64,000 bases of DNA, from contig OZ024761.1 of the NCBI GenBank assembly GCA_964016885.1, forward strand, positions 7,750,001 through 7,814,000, given 5' to 3'. Made by a program: the position numbers and the translations under genes. This stretch comes from Eledone cirrhosa (lineage: Eukaryota). Positions 20,131 through 31,100 of this stretch are shown here, one piece after another. Under the pieces are notes generated by a model. It did not search any database, was not told where the DNA came from, and saw nothing but the letters and a program-made list of their open reading frames with translations. The first letter of the stretch is position 1; every line of letters starts with the position of its first letter.

Positions 20131-21070
20131 TCATTTTTCATTTCATTTTATGTCCGCTTTTCCCTGCTTGCAAGGGTGGGACGGGAACTGATTCTGGCTT
20201 GATTTCTACAACTGGATGCCCTTCCTAACGCCAACCTCATTTACAGTGAGTGCTGGGTGCTTTTTTGCCGTGGCACCTACACGACCACTTTGCAGTGGAA
20301 TGATAGGGACCCCAGTCCCTATCATCTCATTTCTACAGCTGGATGCCCTTCCTAACACCAACCTCATTTACAGTGAGTGCTGGGTGCTTTTTTGCCGTGG
20401 CACCTACACGACCACTTTGCAGTGGAATGATAGGGACTCCAGTCCCTATCATCTCATTTTTACAGCTGGATGCCCTTCCTAACCCCAACCTCATTTTTAC
20501 AGTGAGTGCTGGGTGCTTTTTTGCCGTGACACCTCCACGACCACTTTGCAGTGGAATGATAGGGACCCCAGTCCCTATCATCTCATTTTTACAGCTGGAT
20601 GCCCTTCCTAACCCCAACCTCATTTTTACAGTGAGTGCTGGGTGCTTTTTTGCCGTGGCACCTCCACGACCACTTTGCAGTGGATTGATAGGGACCCCAG
20701 TCCCTATCATCTCATTTCTACAGCTGGATGCCCTTCCTAACACCAACCTCATTTACAGTGAGTGCTGGGTGCTTTTTTGCCATGGCACCTCCACGACCAC
20801 TTTGCAGTGGAATGATAGGGACCCCAGTCCCTATCATCTCATTTCTACAGCTGGATGCCCTTCCTAACACCAACCTCATTTACAGTGAGTGATGGGTGCT
20901 TTTTTGCCATGGCACCTCCACGTCCACTTTACAGTGGAATGATAGGGACCCAAGTCCCTATCATCTCATTTCTACAGCTGGATGCCCTTCCTAATGCCAA
21001 CCTCATTTACAGTGAGTGCTGAGTGCTTTTTTGCCGTGGGGCACCTCCACGACCACTTTGCAGTGGAATG
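20131..21070 (-). mobile_element. SINE family 1 3' part with a 127-bp unit repeated about 7 times
   Basis: tttctacagctggatgcccttcctaac recurs at about 20203, 20330, 20457, 20587, 20715, 20842 and 20969. Tail A is at 20131-20190. Confidence 0.88.
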
Positions 21071-21149
21071 ATATTTAAACAAATATTTAAACAAATATTT
21101 AAACAAATAGAAAAGTATTATAAGATATGTATGTATATTCTCGCTCCTC

Positions 21150-21850
21150 ATATTGTATATATGTATATTGCATATATGTATATTGTATATATGTATATTG
21201 TATATATGTATATTGTATATATGTATATTGTATATATGTATATTGTATATATGTATATTGTATATATGTATATTGTATATATATGTATATTGTATATATG
21301 TATATTGTATATATGTATATTGTATATATGTATATTGTATATATGTATATATGTATATATGTATATTGCATATATGTATATTGTATATATGTATATTGCA
21401 TATATGTATATTGTATATATGTATATTGTATATATTTATATTGTATATTGTATATATGTATATTGTATATATGTATATTGTATATATGTATATTGTATAT
21501 ATGTATATTGTATATATGTATATTGTATATTGTATATATGTATATTGTATATATGTATATTGTATATATGTATATTGTATATATGTATATTGTATATATG
21601 TATATTGTATATATGTATATTGTATATATGTATATTTTATATATGTATATTGTATATTGTATATATGTATATTGTATATATGTATATTGTATATATGTAT
21701 ATTGTATATATGTATATATGTATATTGTATATATGTATATTGTATATATGTATATTGTATATATGTATATTGTATATATGTATATTGTATATATGTATAT
21801 TGTATATATGTATATATGTATATTGTATATATGTATATATGTATATATGC
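21150..21850. repeat. 15-bp tattgtatatatgta minisatellite
   Basis: Direct reading of the sequence. Confidence 0.92.
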
Positions 21851-21904
21851 TTTGTCCAAAATACAAGTCAAACCGTATAATATTGTGATATTGTCTTATA
21901 TAGG

Positions 21905-22095
21905 CTTGGTAGATTGGCAGTATCGGTAGAGGGTCGGACGCCATGCTGTGAAGCATAGAGTTACCTCCCTGTATGATCTGAGTTCAAATCCCGCCGAGGT
22001 TAACTTTGCCTTTCATCCTTACGGGGTCGATAAAATAAAGTACCAGTAATGCACTGGGTTATTGCTGGCCTTGTGCCTAAAGTAGAAACAATTAT
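21905..22095 (+). mobile_element. SINE family 2
   Basis: gagttcaaatcccgccgaggttaactttgcctttcatccttacggggtcgataaaataaagtaccag. Confidence 0.88.
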
Positions 22096-22186
22096 TGTTT
22101 TATTTTGCCTTTAGCTGTTTTTAAAAATAAAATCTTGTTTGATGGGGATGCCGGGAAACCACTAGCATCCCTTGGCTACAGGCCTG

Positions 22187-25100
22187 GTGTGTGTGCCAGT
22201 GTGTGTGTGCTAGTGTGTGCGCTAGTGTGTGTGTGCTAGTGTGTGTGTGTGTTAGTGTGTGTGCTAGTGCGTGTGTGCCAGTGTGTGTGCCAGTGTGTGT
22301 GTGCTAGTGTGTGTGTGCTAGTGTGTGTGTGTGTTAGTGTGTGTGCCAGTGTGTGTGTGCTAGTGTGTGTGTGCTAGTGTGTGTGTGTGCTTGTGCGTGT
22401 GTGCCAGTGTGTGTGTGCTAGTGTGTGTGCTAGTGTATGCTAGTGTGTGTGTCAGTGTGTGTGTGTTAGTGTGTGTGCCAGTGTGCTAGTGTGTGTGCTA
22501 GTGCATGTGTGCAAGTGTCTGTGTGCGAGTGTGTGTGCTAGTGCGTGTGTGCCAGTGTGTGTGTGCTAGTGTGTGTGCTAGTGTGTGTGAGCTAACGTGT
22601 GTCCTAGTGTGTGTGCCAGTGTGTGTGCCAGTGTGTGTGCCAGTGTGTGTGCCAGTGTGTGTGCCAGTGTGTGTGCCAGTGTGTGTGCCAGTGTGTGTGC
22701 CAGTGTGTGTGCCAGTGTGTGTGCTAGTGTGTGTGTGCTAGTGTGTGTGTGCCAGTGTGTGTGCTAGTGTGTGTGCCAGTGTGTGTGCCAGTGTGTGCCA
22801 GTGTGTGTGCCAGTGTGTGTGTGCTAGTGTGTGTGTTAGTGTGTGTGCCAGTGTGTGTGCTAGTGTGTCTTCTAGTGTGTGTACCAGTGTGTGTGCCAGT
22901 GTGTGTGCTAGTGTGTGTTCTAGTGTGTGTACCAGTGTGTGTGCTAGTGTGTGTACCAGTGTGTGTGCCAGTGTGTGTGCCAGTGTGTGTGCCAGTGTGT
23001 GTTCTAGTGTGTGTGCTAGTGTGTGTGCCAGTGTGTGTGCCAGTGTGTGCCAGTGTGTGTACTAGTGTGTGTGCCAGTGTGTGTGTGCCAGTGTGTGTGC
23101 CAGTGTGTGTGCCAGTGTGTGTGCCAGTGTGTGCCAGTGTGTGTGCCAGTGTGTGTGCTAGTGTGTGTGCCAGTGTGTGTACTAGTGTGTGTGTGCTAGT
23201 GTGTGTGCTAGTGTGTGTGCCAGTGTGTGTGCTAGTGTGTGTGTGCCAGTGTGTGTGCCAGTGTGTGTGCCAGTGTATGTGCCAGTGTGTGTTCCAGTGT
23301 GTGCCAGTGTGTGTACTAGTGTGTGTGCCAGTGTGTGTACTAGTGTGTGTGCCAGTGTGTGTACTAGTGTGTGTGCCAGTGTGTGTGCCAGTGTGTGTGC
23401 CAGTGTGTGTGCCAGTGTGTGCTAGTGTGTGTACTAGTGTGTGTGCCAGTGTGTGTGTGCCAGTGTGTGTGCCAGTGTGTGTGTGCCAGTGTGTGTGCCA
23501 GTGTGTGTGCTAGTGTGTGTGTGTGCAAGTGTGTGTTCCAGTGTGTGCCAGTGTGTGTGCCAGTGTGTGTGCCAGTGTGTGTGCCAGTGTGTGTGCCAGT
23601 GTGTGCCAGTGTGTGTACTAGTGTGTGTGCCAGTGTGTGTGCCAGTGTGTGTGCCAGTGTGTGTGCCAGTGTGTGTGCTAGTGTGTGTGCCAGTGTGTGT
23701 GTGCCAGTGTGTGTGCCAGTGTGTGTGTGCCAGTGTGTGTGCCAGTGTGTGTGCTAGTGTGTGTGTGTGCAAGTGTGTGTTCCAGTGTGTGCCAGTGTGT
23801 GTGCCAGTGTGTGTGCCAGTGTGTGTGCCAGTGTGTGCCAGTGTGTGTACTAGTGTGTGTGCCAGTGTGTGTGCCAGTGTGTGTGCCAGTGTGTGTGCCA
23901 GTGTGTATGCTAGTGTGTGTGTGCCAGTGTGTGTTCCAGTGTGTGTGCTAGTGTGTGTGCCAGTGTGTGTGTGCCAGTGTGTGTTCCAGTGTGTGTGCCA
24001 GTGTGTATGCTAGTGTGTGTGTGCCAGTGTGTGTGCCAGTGTGTGCCAGTGTGTGTGCCAGTGTGTGTGCCAGTGTGTGTGCCAGTGTGTGCCAGTGTGT
24101 GTGCTAGTGTACTAGTGTGTGTGCCAGTGTGTGTGCCAGTGTGTGTGTGCCAGTGTGTGTTCCAGTGTGTGTGCTAGTGTGTGTGTTAGTGTGTGTGCCA
24201 GTGTTTGCCAGTGTGTGTGCCAGTGTGTGTGCCAGTGTGTATACTAGTGTGTGTGCCAGTGTGTGTGCTAGTGTGTGTGTGCCAGTGTGTGTTCCAGTAT
24301 GTGTGCTAGTGTGTGTGTTAGTGTGTGTGCCAGTGTTTGCCAGTGTGTGTGCCAGTGTGTGTGCCAGTGTGTGTGGCAGTGTGTGTGCCAGTGTGTGTGT
24401 GCCATTGTGTGCCAGTGTGTGTGCCAGTGTGTGTGCCAGTGTGTGTACTAGTGTGTGTGCCAGTGTGTGTGCCAGTGTGTGTGCCAGTGTGTGCCAGTGT
24501 GTATACTAGTGTGTGTGCCAGTGTGTGTGCTAGTGTGTGTGTGCCAGTGTGTGTTCCAGTGTGTGTGCTAGTGTGTGTGCTAGTGTGTGTGCTAGTGTGT
24601 GTGTGCTAGTGTGTGTGTGCTAGTGTGTGTGCCAGTGTGTGTGCCAGTGTGTGTGATAGTGTGTGTGCTAGTGTGTGTGCTAGTGTGTGTGCTAGTGTGT
24701 GTGCTAGTGTGTGTGCCAGTGTGTGTGCTAGTATGTGTGCTAGTGTGTGTGCCAGTGTGTGTGCCAGTGTGTGTGCTAGTGTGTGTGCTAGTGTGTATGT
24801 GCCAGTGTGTGTACTAGTGTGTGTGCCAGTGTGTGTGCCAGTGTGTGCCAGTGTGTGTACTAGTGTGTGTGCTAGTGTGTGCCAGTGTGTGTGCCAGTGT
24901 GTGTGCCAGTGTGTGTAGTAGTGTGTGTGCCAGCGTGTGTGCCAGTGTGTGTACTAGTGTGTGTGCTAGTGTGTGTGCTAGTGTGTGTGCCAGTGTGTGT
25001 GCCAGTGTGTGTGTGCTAGTGTGTGTGTTAGTGTGAGTGCCAGTGTGTGTGCTAGTGTGTGTTCTAGAGTGTGTACCAGTGTGTGTGCCAGTGTGTGTGC

Positions 25101-28100
25101 TGGTGTGTGTACCAGTGTGTGTGCCAGTGTGTGTGCCAGTGTGTGTGCCAGTGTGTGTGCTAGTGTGTGTACTAGTGTGTGTGCCAGTGTGTGTACTAGT
25201 GTGTGTGCCAGTGTGTGTGCCAGTGTGTGTGTGTGCCAGTGTGTGTGCCAGTGTGTGTGCCAGTGTGTGTGCTAGTGTGTGTGCCAGTGTGTGTGCCAGT
25301 GTGTGTACTAGTGTGTGTGCCAGTGTGTGTACTAGTGTGTGTGCCAGTGTGTGTGCCAGTGTGTGTGTGTGCCAGTGTGTGTGCCAGTGTGTGTGCCAGT
25401 GTGTGTGCCAGTGTGTGCTAGTGTGTGCCAGTGTGTGTGCCAGTGTGTGTGCCAGTGTGTGTGCCAGTGTGTGTGCCAGTGTGTGTGCCAGTGTGTGTGC
25501 CAGTGTGTGTACTATTGTGTGTGCTAGTGTGTGTGCCAGTGTGTGCCAGTGTGTGTGCTAGCGTGTGTGCCAGTGTGTGTACTAGTGTGTGTGTGCTAGT
25601 GTGTGCCAGTGTGTGTGCCAGTGTGTGTGCTAGTGTGTGTGTGCCAGTGTGTGTTCCAGTGTCTGCCAGTGTGTGTACTAGTGTGTGTGCCAGTGTGTGT
25701 GCCAGTGTGTGTGCTAGTGTGTGTACTAATGTGTGTGCCAGTGTGTGTGCTAGTGTGTGTACTAGTGTGTGTGCGACTGTGTGTGTGCCAGTGTGTGTGC
25801 CAGTGTGTGTGCCAGTGTGTGTGCCAGTGTGTGTGTGCCAGTGTGTGTGCCAGTGTGTGCCAGTGTGTGTGCCAGTGTGTGTGCCAGTGTGTGTACTAGT
25901 GTGTGTGCCAGTGTGTGTGCCAGTGTGTGCCAGTGTGTGTACTAGTGTGTGTGCCAGTGTGTGTGCCAGTGTGTGCCAGTGTGTGTACTAGTGTGTGTGC
26001 CAGTGTGTGTACTAGTGTGTGTGCCAGTGTGTGTGCCAGTGTGTGTGCCAGTGTGTGTGCTAGTCTGTGTGTGCCAGTGTGTGCTACTGTGTGTGCTAGT
26101 GTGTGTGCCAGTGTGTGCCAGTGTGTGTGCCAGTGTGTGTGCCAGTGTGTGCCAGTGTGTGTGCCAGTGTGTGTGCTAGTGTGTGTGCCAGTGTGTGCCA
26201 GTGTGTGTACTAGTGTGTGTGCTAGTGTGTGTGCCAGTGTGTGTGCCAGTGTGTGTGCCAGTGTGTGCTCCAGTGTGTGCCAGTGTATGTACTAGTGTGT
26301 GTGCCAGTGTGTGCTAGTGTGTGCCAGTGTGTGTGCCAGTGTGTGTGCCAGTGTGTGTGCCAGTGTGTGTGCCAGTGTGTGTGCCAGTGTGTGTGCCAGT
26401 GTGTGTACTATTGTGTGTGCTAGTGTGTGTGCCAGTGTGTGCCAGTGTGTGTGCTAGCGTGTGTGCCAGTGTGTGTACTAGTGTGTGTGTGCTAGTGTGT
26501 GCCAGTGTGTGTGCCAGTGTGTGTGCTAGTGTGTGTGTGCCAGTGTGTGTTCCAGTGTCTGCCAGTGTGTGTACTAGTGTGTGTGCCAGTGTGTGTGCCA
26601 GTGTGTGTGCTAGTGTGTGTACTAATGTGTGTGCCAGTGTGTGTGCTAGTGTGTGTACTAGTGTGTGTGCGACTGTGTGTGTGCCAGTGTGTGTGCCAGT
26701 GTGTGTGCCAGTGTGTGTGCCAGTGTGTGTGTGCCAGTGTGTGTGCCAGTGTGTGCCAGTGTGTGTGCCAGTGTGTGTGCCAGTGTGTGTACTAGTGTGT
26801 GTGCCAGTGTGTGTGCCAGTGTGTGCCAGTGTGTGTACTAGTGTGTGTGCCAGTGTGTGTGCCAGTGTGTGCCAGTGTGTGTACTAGTGTGTGTGCCAGT
26901 GTGTGTACTAGTGTGTGTGCCAGTGTGTGTGCCAGTGTGTGTGCCAGTGTGTGTGCTAGTCTGTGTGTGCCAGTGTGTGCTACTGTGTGTGCTAGTGTGT
27001 GTGCCAGTGTGTGCCAGTGTGTGTGCCAGTGTGTGTGCCAGTGTGTGCCAGTGTGTGTGCCAGTGTGTGTGCTAGTGTGTGTGCCAGTGTGTGCCAGTGT
27101 GTGTACTAGTGTGTGTGCTAGTGTGTGTGCCAGTGTGTGTGCCAGTGTGTGTGCCAGTGTGTGCTCCAGTGTGTGCCAGTGTATGTACTAGTGTGTGTGC
27201 CAGTGTGTGTGCCAGTGTGTGCCAGTGTGTGTACTAGTGTGTGTGCTAGTGTGTGTGCCAGTGTGTGCCAGTGTGTATACTAGTGTGTGTGCCAGTGTGT
27301 GTGCTAGTGTGTGTGTGCCAGTGTGTGTCCCAGTGTGTGTGCTAGTGTGTGTGCTAGTGTGTGTGTGCCAGTGTGTGTTCCAGTGTGTGTGCTAGTGTGT
27401 GTGCCAGTGTGTGCCAGTGTGTGTGCTAGTGTGTGTGCTAGTGTGTATGTGCTAGTGTGTGTGCCAGTGTGTGTGCCTGTGTGTGTGCTAGTGTGTGTGC
27501 TAGTGTGTGTGCTAGTGTGTGTGCTAGTGTGTGTGCCAGTGTGTGCTAGTGTGTGTGCCAGTGTGTGTGCTAGTGTGTGTGCCAGTGTGTGCCAGTGTGT
27601 GTGCCAGTGTGTGTGCTAGTGTGTGTGCCAGTGTGTGCTAGTGTGTGTGCCAGTGTGTGTGCTAGTGTGTGTGCCAGTGTGTGCCAGTGTGTGTGCCAGT
27701 GTGTGTGCTAGTGTGTGTGCCAGTGTGTGTGCCAGTGTGTGCCAGTGTGTGTGCCAGTGTGTGTGCTAGTATGTGTGCTAGTGTGTGTGCCAGTGTGTGT
27801 GCCAGTGTGTGTACTAGCGTGTGTGCCAGTGTGTGTGCCAGTGTGTGTGCTAGTGTGTGTGCCAGTGTGTGTGCCAGTGTGTGTGCAAGTGTGTGTGCTA
27901 GTGTGTGTGCTAGTGTGTGTGCTAGTGTGTGTGCTAGTGTGTGTGCCAGTGTGTGCCAGTGTGTGTGCCAGTGTGTGTGCTAGTATGTGTGCTAGTGTGT
28001 GTGCCAGTGTGTGTGCGAGTGTGTGTGCCAGTGTGTGTACTAGTGTGTGTGCCAGTGTGTGTGCCAGTGTGTGTGTGCCAGTGTGTGTGCCAGTGTGTGT

Positions 28101-31100
28101 GCCAGTGTGTGTGCCAGTGTGTGTGCCAGTGTGTGTGCTAGTGTGTGTGCCAGTGTGTGTACTAGTGTGTGTGTGCTAGTGTGTGTGCCAGTGTGTGTGC
28201 CAGTGTGTGTGCTAGTGTGTATGTGCCAGTGTGTGTGCCAGTGCGTGTGCTAGTGTGTGTGCCAGTGTGTGTGCTAGTGTGTGTGCCAGTGTGTGTGCCA
28301 GTGTGTGTGCTAGTGTGTGTGCTAGTGTGTGTAATATTGTGTGTGCCAGTGTGTGTAATATTGTGTGTGCCAGTGTGTGTGCCAGTGTGTGTGCTAGTGT
28401 GTGTGCCAGTGTGTGTACTAGTGTCTGTGCCAGTGTGTGTGCCAGTGTGTGTGCCAGTGTGTGTGCTAGTGTGTGTGCCAGTGTGCGTGCCAGTGTGTAC
28501 TAGTGTGTGTGCCAGTGTGTGTGCGAGTGTGTGTGCCAGTGTGTGTGCTAGTGTGTGTGCCAGTGTGTGTACTATTGTGTGTGCCAGTGTGTGTGCCAGT
28601 GTGTGTGCCAGTGTGTGTTCCAGTGTGTGTGCTAGTGTGTGTGCTAGTGTGTGTGCCAGTGTGTGTGCCAGTGTGTGTGCTAGTGTGTGTGCCAGTGTGT
28701 GTGCCAGTGTGTGTGCCAGTGTGTGTGCCAGTGTGTGTGCTAGTGTGTGTGCCAGTGTGTGTGCCAGTGTGTGTGCCAGTGTGTGTGCCAGTGTGTGTGC
28801 CAGTGTGTGTACTATTGTGTGTGCTAGTGTGTGTGCTAGTGTGTGTGCCAGTGTGTGTGCCAGTGTGTGTGCCAGTGTGTGTTCCAGTGTGTGTGCCAGT
28901 GTGTGTGCCAGTGTGTGTACTATTGTGTGTGCCAGTGTGTGTGCCAGTGTGTGTGCCAGTGTGTGTGCCAGTGTGTGTGCTAGTGTGTGTGCCAGTGTGT
29001 GTGCCAGTGTGTGCTCCAGTGTGTGTGCTAGTGTGTGTGCTAGTGTGTGTGCTAGTGTGTGTGCCAGTGTGTGTGCCAGTGTGTGTGCTAGTGTGTGTGC
29101 TAGTGTGTGTGCCAGTGTGTGTGCCAGTGTGTGTGCTAGTGTGTGTGCTAGTGTGTGTGCCAGTGTGTGTGCCAGTGTGTGCTCCAGTGTGTGTGCTAGT
29201 GTGTGTGCTAATGTGTGTGCTAGTGTGTGTGCCAGTGTGTGTGCCAGTGTGTGTGCTAGTGTGTGTGCTAGTGTGTGTGCCAGTGTGTGTGCCAGTGTGT
29301 GTGCTAGTGTGTGTGCCAGTGTGTGTGCCAGTGTGTGTGCTAGTGTGTGTGCTAGTGTGTGTGCCAGTGTGTGTGCCAGTGTGTGCTCCAGTGTGTGTGC
29401 TAGTGTGTGTGCTAGTGTGTGTGCCAGTGTGTGTGCCAGTGTGTGTGCTAGTGTGTATGCCAGTGTGTGTGCCAGTGTGTGTGCCAGTGTGTGTGCTAGT
29501 GTGTGTGCCAGTGTGTGTGCCAGTGTGTGTGCCAGTGTGTGTGCCAGTGTGTGTGCTAGTGTGTGTGCCTGTGTGTGTGCCAGTGTGTGTGCCAGTGTGT
29601 GTGCCAGTGTATGTGCCAGTGTGTGCTAGTGTGTGTGCCAGTGTGTGTGCCAGTGTGTGTGCTAGTGTGTGTGCCAGTGTGTGTACTATTGTGTGTGCTA
29701 GTGTGTGTGCCAGTGTGTGTGCTAGTGTGTGTGCCAGTGTGTGTGCTAGTGTGTGTGCCAGTGTGTGTGCCAGTGTGTGTGCTAGTGTGTGTGCTAGTGT
29801 ATGTGCCAGTGTGTGCTAGTGTGTGTGCCAGTGTGTGTGCCAGTGTGTGTGCTAGTGTGTGTGCCAGTGTGTGTGCTAGTGTGTGTGCTAGTGTGTGTGC
29901 TAGTGTATGTGCCAGTGTGTGCCAGTGTGTGTGCCAGTGTGTGTGCTAGTGTGTGTGCTAGTGTATGTGCCAGTGTGTGCCAGTGTGTGTGTTAGTGTAT
30001 GTGCCAGTGTGTGTGCCAGTGTGTGTACTATTGTGTGTGCTAGTGTGTGTGCCAGTGTGTGTACTATTGTGTGTGCCAGTGTGTGTGCTAGTGTGTGTGC
30101 TAGTGTATGTGCCAGTGTGTGTGCCAGTGTGTGTGCCAGTGTGTGTGCCAGTGTGTGTGCCAGTGTGTGTGCTAGTGTGTGTGCCAGTGTGTGTGCTAGT
30201 GTGTGTGCTAGTGTGTGTGCCAGTGTGTGTGCCAGTGTATGTGCCAGTGTGTGTGCTAGTGTGTGTGCCAGTGTGTGTGTCAGTGTGTGTGCCAGTGTGT
30301 GTGCCAGTGTGTGTGCCAGTGTGTGTGCCAGTGTGTGCCAGTGTGTGTGCCAGTGTGTGTACTATTGTGTGTGCCAGTGTGTGTGCCAGTGTGTGTGCCA
30401 GTGTGTGTGCCAGTGTGTGTGCTAGTGTGTGTGCCAGTGTGTGTGCCAGTGTGTGTACTATTGTGTGTGCCAGTGTGTGTGCCAGTGTGTGTGCCAGTGT
30501 GTGTGCTAGTGTGTGTGCCAGTGTGTGTGCTAGTGTGTGTACTATTGTGTGTGCTAGTGTGTGTGCCAGTGTGTGTGCTAGTGTCTATGCCAGTGTGTGT
30601 GCCAGTGTGTGTGCCAGTGTGTGTGCCAGTGTGTGTGCTAGTGTGTGTGCCAGTGTGTGTGCCAGTGTGTGTGCCAGTGTATGTGCCAGTGTGTGTGCCA
30701 GTGTGTGTGCTAGTGTGTGTGTGCCAGTGTGTGTGCCAGTGTGTGTGCCAGTGTGTGTGCCAGTGTGTGTGCCAGTGTGTGTGCCAGTGTGTGTGCTAGT
30801 GTGTGTGTGCCAGTGTGTGTGCCAGTGTGTGTGCCAGTGTGTGTGCCAGTGTGTGTGCCAGTGTGTGTGCTAGTGTGTGTGCCAGTGTGTGTGCCAGTGT
30901 GTGTACTATTGTGTGTGCCAGTGTGTGTGCCAGTGTGTGTGCTAGTGTGTGTGCCAGTGTGTGTGCTAGTGTGTGTGCTAGTGTGTGTGCCAGTGTGTGT
31001 GCCAGTGTATGTGCCAGTGTGTGTGCTAGTGTGTGTGCCAGTGTGTGTGTCAGTGTGTGTGCCAGTGTGTGTGCCAGTGTGTGTGCCAGTGTGTGTGCCA

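Larger units (their letters stand above)
18122..22186 (-). mobile_element. Decayed, internally deleted hAT DNA transposon with nested insertions
   Basis: The TIRs caaacccgtagcca (18122-18135) and tggctacaggcctg (22173-22186) match at 11 of 14 positions. Subterminal atggggatgcc occurs near both ends. The flanks gtgtatgc and gtgtgt(gt)gc form an approximate 8-bp TSD. A transposase remnant lies inside. Confidence 0.78.

Noticed and set aside
16820-21956. Y/I/C/M-rich ORFs at 16.8-17.5 kb and 21.0-21.9 kb
   Set aside because: These are translations of AT-rich minisatellites.
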